This document shows positions 1 to 5,609 of a DNA stretch of 13,588 bases, in pieces. Location: NCBI GenBank assembly GCA_045105515.1, contig JBGCDR010000090.1, positions 1-13,588 of the forward strand, written 5' to 3'. The position numbers were made by a program, and so were the translations under genes. Origin of the DNA: Oligoflexales bacterium. GTDB lineage: Bacteria > Bdellovibrionota_B > Oligoflexia > Oligoflexales > Bog-1112. The notes beneath the pieces were generated by a model. It was not told the origin of the DNA. It saw only the letters and a list, made by a program, of their open reading frames with translations, and searched no databases. Numbering within the stretch: position 1 is the stretch's first letter; every line of letters begins with the position of its first letter.

Positions 1-158
1 AAAAATCTCTCACCGGTTGATTTTATTTTGCTCAATTCTATTTCCAATGGATTGTCGCGGGAAAGTAAAATATTAGGTAGCTTTAATTCGGCGATATCGC
101 GCTGCATGATTTGAGAGTTTTTTTTGTCCAAACTAGAGTAAGATGCTTGTGGTTCCAA
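1..158 (-). CDS. Probable further frameshifted C-terminal continuation of the PRS-Ppx fusion (or 5' end of a next gene), running off the window
   Basis: The -1 frame relative to the 83..607 ORF is open from 158 to the window edge: LEPQASYSSLDKKNSQIMQRDIAELKLPNILLSRDNPLEIELSKIKSTGERF. No family recognised. Confidence 0.35.
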   Translation of the reverse strand, partial: MEPQASYSSLDKKNSQIMQRDIAELKLPNILLSRDNPLEIELSKIKSTGERF

Positions 159-754
159 TTACCCAGCAAACCTAAAATACCTTGCCATAATTTCCCGGAT
201 TCAAGCATTGAATTTCCCTGTATTCGACTCGCTATCCCAGGAACACTGCTCAGGCCTCCAATTGCTATGATGCGATTGCTTTTCTGTAGGCATTCCATAA
301 ACTCGCTACTTGCCACAGGAAGCTGTTTTCTAAGAGCTATTTGGTAAAGTCTAAGAGCCTTCTTGCTAATGGGGGCAGGATGTTTTCGTGTTGCACTAGC
401 TTCCGCAAACTGTTTGAATAGTTGAGTAGCTGGTATGGATCCCACAGATCCTTGGTAAGTGAACAGTGATTCTGGACTTTTCTCACAGGTGATTTGAAAA
501 CTACCTCCCCCATGGTCCCAAGAAGTGAGCCGAGTTTCCTTCTTGCTTAGATATTTTGCAGTGTGGTGTCCAAGCAGAGCCTCTTGTTCTTGGCTAATTA
601 TACGCACGGGAATGGGAAGTTTTTTAAGCTTTTTATTGATGCTTTCCTCTTGGCAAACTTTACGTAAGGCTTCTGTGCCAATTGCAGTATATTGAATCCC
701 AGGATAACGAACATCTAGGTCTTTTTTGACCTTGGCAAGGACTTTATTAGATCC
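83..754 (-). CDS. Ppx/GppA-family (ASKHA fold) phosphatase domain; frameshifted continuation of the prs-like ORF
   Basis: The frame of the 83..607 ORF is open from 754 and reads KVLAKVKKDLDVRYPGIQYTAIGTEALRK...IPVRIISQEQEALLG...WDHGGGSFQI...SVGS...IIAIGG. These match Ppx/GppA motifs ATxAxR, IISGxEEA and DIGGGSxE. The first motif (DIGS) lies in the upstream ORF. Confidence 0.8.
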   Translation of the reverse strand, partial: GSNKVLAKVKKDLDVRYPGIQYTAIGTEALRKVCQEESINKKLKKLPIPVRIISQEQEALLGHHTAKYLSKKETRLTSWDHGGGSFQITCEKSPESLFTYQGSVGSIPATQLFKQFAEASATRKHPAPISKKALRLYQIALRKQLPVASSEFMECLQKSNRIIAIGGLSSVPGIASRIQGNSMLESGKLWQGILGLLGNWNHKHLTLVWTKKTLKSCSAISPN

Positions 755-2307
755 TCAATGGTCTGTCCAATGCTCTTAGAATTTGCATCTGTAAAAATGC
801 TTCTAGCAATAGGAACCTTGAAACTTTGGTTCTCATGTATATTGAATCCCTGTTCGCTGTTTTGGGAGGCTACTAGAACTTTAGTTTTTGAAGAGCCAAT
901 ATCGATAATACCCTGAAAAGCGCCTGTTTCCAGATGTTCTAAGCGTCTGATGTGCTTGGCTAAAGTGGGAGCTAAGGAGACTTTGGTGAAATTGGCTGCT
1001 GGTACAGATTTCATATTAAAGCTATCGGTTAGAAGCATCTCTTCAATAATCGTTCCACCCAGCGCAAGTAGTTTTTTTGCATCGCCTGCAAGGTGAGTGA
1101 CAGCGAGGATAATTTTTTGAGCCCCATGTTGATGTAGAATCTGACTTGCCTGAGCAAGGGTAGAACCCCTGCTAACTTCATCATCGATCAGAACCAAGGT
1201 TTTGCCTTCTACGCTCTTTAAGCCTTCGCCATCAAATACAGTGGCCTCGCCTCCGATTTCTCTTTGTTTGTTTAGGACAAGGACAGGAGTGTTTAAAGCT
1301 TGAGCGAAATGGGTAGCTTCCTTTTGAAAACCTGCATCTGGAGAAACTACCAAATCAATAGGGTAAGGCCTAAGCTTGAGTGCTTCCACAATACTTGCCC
1401 TGCTACTCAGATTAAATGCAGGACATTTGAAAAACCCGAGGCTTTGTCTCGCATGAGCCTGTACCACAGTAATTGCAGACATCCCCGCAACTTCTAACAA
1501 ATTTGCAATAAGAGCGCCCTGGGGAGCTACTCCCCATTCACTCTCTGCTTTATCTAAACGTGCGTAAGGAAGGTAAGGGGTTATCACATGGACCATAGAA
1601 CCACGCTCACTAACTAACTTGTAAATTTGTTCCATAGTTTCAAGGATTTTCGTGTTGCCCGGAAAGCTGTTTTCGGCAACAAGATAAACTGTACTATTCT
1701 CTAGGTTTTTAGTCTGTAGCGCTTCCCAGCTAAGTCCTTCCACACCAAGCAGCTGAGCAATGTTGTCCCGCAATTGAGGGTGCTGGTCGCCAGCCAGGTG
1801 AAAAGAATTTTTCTTTTTTGCAGTCCGTGGAGTGATAAGAGTTTTATTCAACTGGTGTACTTTTTTGCCGATCAGTAGCTCGTTTGCGCCAGCTGCTGCT
1901 AGCATGGATTTGACAGGCAATCGAAAAGGAAGAAGCGATTCAATATCTGAACCTGCTTCTAAAACCACAGTGATTTTACTTGCCATTGCTTTTTGGGCAG
2001 CGGAAATTTTGAATAGCAGTTCAATAAAGCCGTTTGCACTCAGTTTGCTTGAACTTAAGGTGGCTACAGATTTTTTCGCTAACAAGTAAGGGTCTTGTCC
2101 TTTTTCTTTGCTGGGGTTGAGACGGACAAAGGTATTACCATTTGAGAACTCTTTGGTTTCATCTTCGATTCGTTGACTGCCTAAGATTAGCTCTTCTAAT
2201 TTCGGATTTTGAACTTCCCGAAGCTTCAAGGAATAGTCAAAACTTTTGGCAAAACCTGGGCTTAAGATGAGAAGGTTAATCCAGATGAGGGGGAAGAAGC
2301 ATTTCAT
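715..2307 (-). CDS. prs: Ribose-phosphate pyrophosphokinase (PRPP synthetase)-like protein with signal-peptide-like N-terminus, duplicated N-terminal domain and the start of a fused Ppx/GppA domain; continues in the -1 frame past ~745
   Basis: PRS motifs: VITPYLPYARLDK (cf. PYFGYARQD), LIANLLEVAG, VQAH (cf. DLH), VVSPDAG, NKQR (catalytic K/R), LIDDEVSRGSTL (PRT loop), VTH, LTDS. It ends with the Ppx/GppA motif IIDIGSSKTKVLV. Start moved to ATG 2307 (MKCFF) because SD AAGGAG (2314-2319) lies 6 nt upstream. Confidence 0.85.
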   Translation of the reverse strand: MKCFFPLIWINLLILSPGFAKSFDYSLKLREVQNPKLEELILGSQRIEDETKEFSNGNTFVRLNPSKEKGQDPYLLAKKSVATLSSSKLSANGFIELLFKISAAQKAMASKITVVLEAGSDIESLLPFRLPVKSMLAAAGANELLIGKKVHQLNKTLITPRTAKKKNSFHLAGDQHPQLRDNIAQLLGVEGLSWEALQTKNLENSTVYLVAENSFPGNTKILETMEQIYKLVSERGSMVHVITPYLPYARLDKAESEWGVAPQGALIANLLEVAGMSAITVVQAHARQSLGFFKCPAFNLSSRASIVEALKLRPYPIDLVVSPDAGFQKEATHFAQALNTPVLVLNKQREIGGEATVFDGEGLKSVEGKTLVLIDDEVSRGSTLAQASQILHQHGAQKIILAVTHLAGDAKKLLALGGTIIEEMLLTDSFNMKSVPAANFTKVSLAPTLAKHIRRLEHLETGAFQGIIDIGSSKTKVLVASQNSEQGFNIHENQSFKVPIARSIFTDANSKSIGQTIEDLIKSLPRSKKT

Positions 2308-2338
2308 AATTATCTCCTTAAAAGTAGTCATTAAAAAC

Positions 2339-2937
2339 TTATTTACGAAATAAAATGGTGCTGGGAATTGGTAAGTTGGTAGCGCCTCCTTCCGAGGCTA
2401 TTTCTGTAAAAGCAAAAAATTCTATAGCTTTAGCTCCTGCCTGATCAATCAGGTCGATTGCAGCTTGCGCTGATCCGCCTGTGGCAACTAAGTCGTCCAC
2501 TATAAGTACTTTCTGACCTACTTCAAGTGTGGATTGTGCGAGTTCAAAGGCGTCATACCCGTACTCCTTTTTATAACTACTTTGGAAACAAGGGCCTGGT
2601 ATTTTCCCAGCTTTTCGGATGGGGACAAAAGGTAGCTGCATTTTTTCACCAAGAATGCTCCCTAACAGGAATCCTCGAGCCTCGAGACCAACAAGATCCG
2701 TCCTTTGTATTGATTACTAAGGTAAGAAGTAATTTCTCTTAGTAATCCAGGGTCTTGGAAAATCCCTAACACATCCTGAAAAAGGATACCTGGCTTCGGA
2801 AAATTAGCTATAACCCGGGTTTTCTCAGAGGCTTTGCGTACCCAATCCAGCCTCATGTCCCCATACTTAACTGTTGATGCCAAACAAGAAACTTGTAAAT
2901 TGAAAAGTATCGCTAATGCAAGGTTCAATGCTTTCAT
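2339..2937 (-). CDS. apt: Adenine phosphoribosyltransferase with signal-peptide-like N-terminal extension; one -1 frame break near 2702
   Basis: 5' part: RVIANFPKPGILFQDV...DP. The -1 frame reads TDLVGLEARGFLLGSILGEKMQLPFVPIRKAGKIPG...YKKEYG...VLIVDDLVATGGSA, all diagnostic APRT motifs. Start ATG 2937 (MKALN) has SD GAGGAG (2945-2950) 7 nt upstream. Confidence 0.9.
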
Positions 2938-2952
2938 TATCGCTCTCCTCAT

Positions 2953-2973
2953 ATAGTGTTAAAATGACACTTA
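2953..2973. promoter_or_regulatory. Predicted NrtR operator
   Basis: atAGTGT-taaaatg-ACACTta: inverted repeat with the GT-N7-AC core typical of NrtR boxes. It lies between the divergent apt and nrtR, immediately upstream of the apt SD. Confidence 0.75.
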
Positions 2974-3048
2974 CTGAATAAATTTAATCTTTGCTGCAGT
3001 CAAGGCTTTATTAGTGTAAATTTCAAAATATTTGTAATTGGAGGTAGT

Positions 3049-3750
3049 ATGGCTAAAAACAATCAACTGGAATCCCGGGAAAAAGCTGCGCTCACCGTTG
3101 ATTGTGTTGTGTTTAGCCCCAGTTTAGATGGCAATCGAGTTCTTCTTATTAAACGCAAAAAAGCACCTTTTCAGGGAAAGTGGGCACTACCTGGCGGTTT
3201 TCTTGAGTCAGGAGAGTCTTTAGAGGATTGTGGTCGCAGGGAGCTTATTGAAGAAACGGGAGTAGGTGGAATCTACCTTAAGCAATTTCACACCTTTTCT
3301 CAGCCTTTCCGAGATCCACGTGGTCGCGTCATTACTGCTGCTTACTTTGCAATTATTCGCGCTCAGGACCATGGCCTAAGGGCGTCTGAGGATGCTGATG
3401 AGGCTAAATGGTTTTTTTTAAACCATGTTCCTTCACTTGCTTTTGATCATCAGCAAATTTTAGGGGAAGGAGTCGATGCAATGCGCTCAGATTTGATTCG
3501 CAGTAGGACCCTGTTTGATATTCTTCCTAAACGTTTTACCTTGAGCCATGCTCAAGAGCTTTTCGAATGTTTATTGAATCTAAAACTTGATAAACGAAAT
3601 TTCCGTAAAAAATTTTCTGGTTTTTCATTTGTTGTGGAGACGAAAGAAACTCTAAGAGGCAAAAAACAGCGTCCAGCTAGGTTATTCGAGTTTGATGCAC
3701 TGAAATTCAAGCATGAAACTAGTATGGATCTACGCTTGGTATTGATTTAA
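3049..3750 (+). CDS. nrtR: NrtR-family Nudix-related transcriptional regulator (Nudix domain + C-terminal winged HTH)
   Basis: TVDCVVF, VLLIKR..PFQGKWALPGGF, Nudix box, RDPRGRVIT.AY, LAFDH..I, then wHTH motifs LPKRFTL, LDKRNFRKK, RPARLF. SD GGAGG at 3040-3044. Confidence 0.9.
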   Translation: MAKNNQLESREKAALTVDCVVFSPSLDGNRVLLIKRKKAPFQGKWALPGGFLESGESLEDCGRRELIEETGVGGIYLKQFHTFSQPFRDPRGRVITAAYFAIIRAQDHGLRASEDADEAKWFFLNHVPSLAFDHQQILGEGVDAMRSDLIRSRTLFDILPKRFTLSHAQELFECLLNLKLDKRNFRKKFSGFSFVVETKETLRGKKQRPARLFEFDALKFKHETSMDLRLVLI

Positions 3751-3781
3751 CCAAGAAAGCAGAGTCCGAAAATTAATCTCT

Positions 3782-5395
3782 CTATAGTTGTGGTGCCTGC
3801 ACCGATTCCTGTGCTTCAACATTAGAAGAACCGGGGAAATAAGGATTCATACCTGGAATTATTTGTCCGTTTCTTTCGAATTGGTAAGCAAGGGCAAGGC
3901 CAAAATAAACGGTCGATGCAGTGTGGGGAGTAAAATAGTAGGACCAAGTAATTCCCGTATTACAACATGAACCGTCGGGAGTATCACTATGAGCAGGGAT
4001 CCCTGAATTGCCATATTGATCGAACATAGCTTTAACACCAGAACGTAATTTATCGATATCTTCGCTCGCATTGTTCTGATGAAAATCATTCAAGGCAAGA
4101 AGTGCTGCCCCAGTGTTTTCTCCTTGAATACCAGTGCCTATATTAGTGAACTTAACTCCCCAAATAGGCTGACCTAGCTTGGAAGTAAAATCAGGGTCCT
4201 GGATCATGAAAGTTGGCGTTACTAAGGAAGTCATAGACTCTTCTGACCTGTCTGCATGAAGCATGGAGTCAGCCTCAGCTTTTGCGAGGTGACGCCAAGT
4301 AATCGCATCAACTGGAACAAAAGCATTGTTCTGTGCAGTATTAGCATTGCAAGCTGGTTCCGTGCCTGTTCGGTAGCGCTTATTGGCGCTGTCATACATT
4401 TGGCTAACAAAGGTCCCTGCTACCTTCTGGACATCCTCAGAAATGGTATTAACTCCGGGTTCGGCTATTTTTGCAGCTTCTTGAACACAAGTTCCGAGGG
4501 CATACATATCAAGGTTGTGCTCAATTGATTGCCAGTATGCAGTTTTGGTGCTTGTTGGTCGGCCCATATACCCTCGATAGGGACCCGTTGTACACTGGAA
4601 ATTATTATGAATTTCGGACATCATAGCTTTAGAAGCATTATAATATTCCTTGTGAAGATCTGTATTCGGAGCATCATCAGCAAACTGGAGGTAGTACCTG
4701 CAAAATGCTAAGGCCATCATAGAATTATTGCCAACATCTAGGAAATCACCACCATTGTCTATCCATGATGCGGGACCGAGGTCAATATGATTTACTTTAG
4801 GCCAAAAAAGTCCTTTACGATAATTATCATTAGCTAGGGTCCACTTATGCATACGTAACCAGCTATCAAGAATTTTTGCAGATTTTTGAGGTTTGCCTAT
4901 AACAGTGAAAAATATTGAAACTAAGGCGTTGTCATAGGTATCAGAAGCCGCATAGAATAGTTCACCTTCCTCAACATCATAAGTCCTTACTGTGTAAGCA
5001 TTAGAGTCGTCACTAGCTGTTGCTTGTCTGGTTTGACTTTCTATATACTTCTCAACGTAGCCTAAATACTGATTCTGGCTTGTGTCATTTAGTTTATATT
5101 TACCTCCAGGAGGAGGTGGTGGTGGAGTATTTTCATTACTGGAAGTACCTTCATCATCGGACGAATTATCATCATTAGAGCTTGTTCCTTCAGAATCACT
5201 GTTAGAAGAACCTGCGCCACTGGAGCCTATTTCGGTAGAGTCTGTACTATTCGATCCTTCATCTTTAATATCTTTTTCTGCGTCAAGGCCGGCATCAAAC
5301 CTTTCTGTCCGTTTCTGTTCTTTGATTTCTCCTACTGTACAGGCAGAAATAAAATACAAAATGAAAACGCTTGAAATCGTTTTAATTAAATTCAT
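3782..5395 (-). CDS. Lipoprotein with Ser/Asp/Pro-rich linker and putative six-hairpin glycosidase-like catalytic domain
   Basis: Lipobox FISAC after a hydrophobic stretch; start ATG 5395 with SD GAGGA. Low-complexity S/D/N linker and PPPPPP. The C-terminal ~430 aa are paralogous to the C-terminal domain of 5610..8441. The fold call is inference. Confidence 0.65.
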   Translation of the reverse strand: MNLIKTISSVFILYFISACTVGEIKEQKRTERFDAGLDAEKDIKDEGSNSTDSTEIGSSGAGSSNSDSEGTSSNDDNSSDDEGTSSNENTPPPPPPGGKYKLNDTSQNQYLGYVEKYIESQTRQATASDDSNAYTVRTYDVEEGELFYAASDTYDNALVSIFFTVIGKPQKSAKILDSWLRMHKWTLANDNYRKGLFWPKVNHIDLGPASWIDNGGDFLDVGNNSMMALAFCRYYLQFADDAPNTDLHKEYYNASKAMMSEIHNNFQCTTGPYRGYMGRPTSTKTAYWQSIEHNLDMYALGTCVQEAAKIAEPGVNTISEDVQKVAGTFVSQMYDSANKRYRTGTEPACNANTAQNNAFVPVDAITWRHLAKAEADSMLHADRSEESMTSLVTPTFMIQDPDFTSKLGQPIWGVKFTNIGTGIQGENTGAALLALNDFHQNNASEDIDKLRSGVKAMFDQYGNSGIPAHSDTPDGSCCNTGITWSYYFTPHTASTVYFGLALAYQFERNGQIIPGMNPYFPGSSNVEAQESVQAPQL

Positions 5396-5546
5396 TTGGT
5401 TCCTCAATTCTACTTATTTTGCGTACGCTTGTGGCTTATCGGTGTTTTAAGGAAGAATGATTATTGAAAATTAATAATTCAAATATAATAGCCTGATACA
5501 GAGTTAAATATTTAAAAGAACCAGCTAAGGTAATGGTGGCTAGCAT

Positions 5547-5572
5547 AAAAAAAGGAGGGTATAAAACCCTCC
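5547..5572 (-). terminator. Rho-independent terminator of the 5610..8441 gene
   Basis: Minus strand GGAGGGT-tttat-ACCCTCC (7-bp stem) followed by T7, ~40 nt past the stop codon. Confidence 0.8.
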
Positions 5573-5609
5573 GTTAGGAAATCTTATGAAGAGTAATTGA
5601 ATAATTTAC

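Noticed and set aside
1..3750. Phage NAD-reconstitution (NARP) or PRTase-based anti-phage system
   Set aside because: The partner is a clear APRT rather than a nicotinamide transferase, and there is no phage or defence context in the window.
5100..5260. GGT/GGA and TCA-rich repeats as a tandem repeat or CRISPR array
   Set aside because: Fully explained by poly-Pro and Ser/Asp linker codons; there is no repeat-spacer structure.
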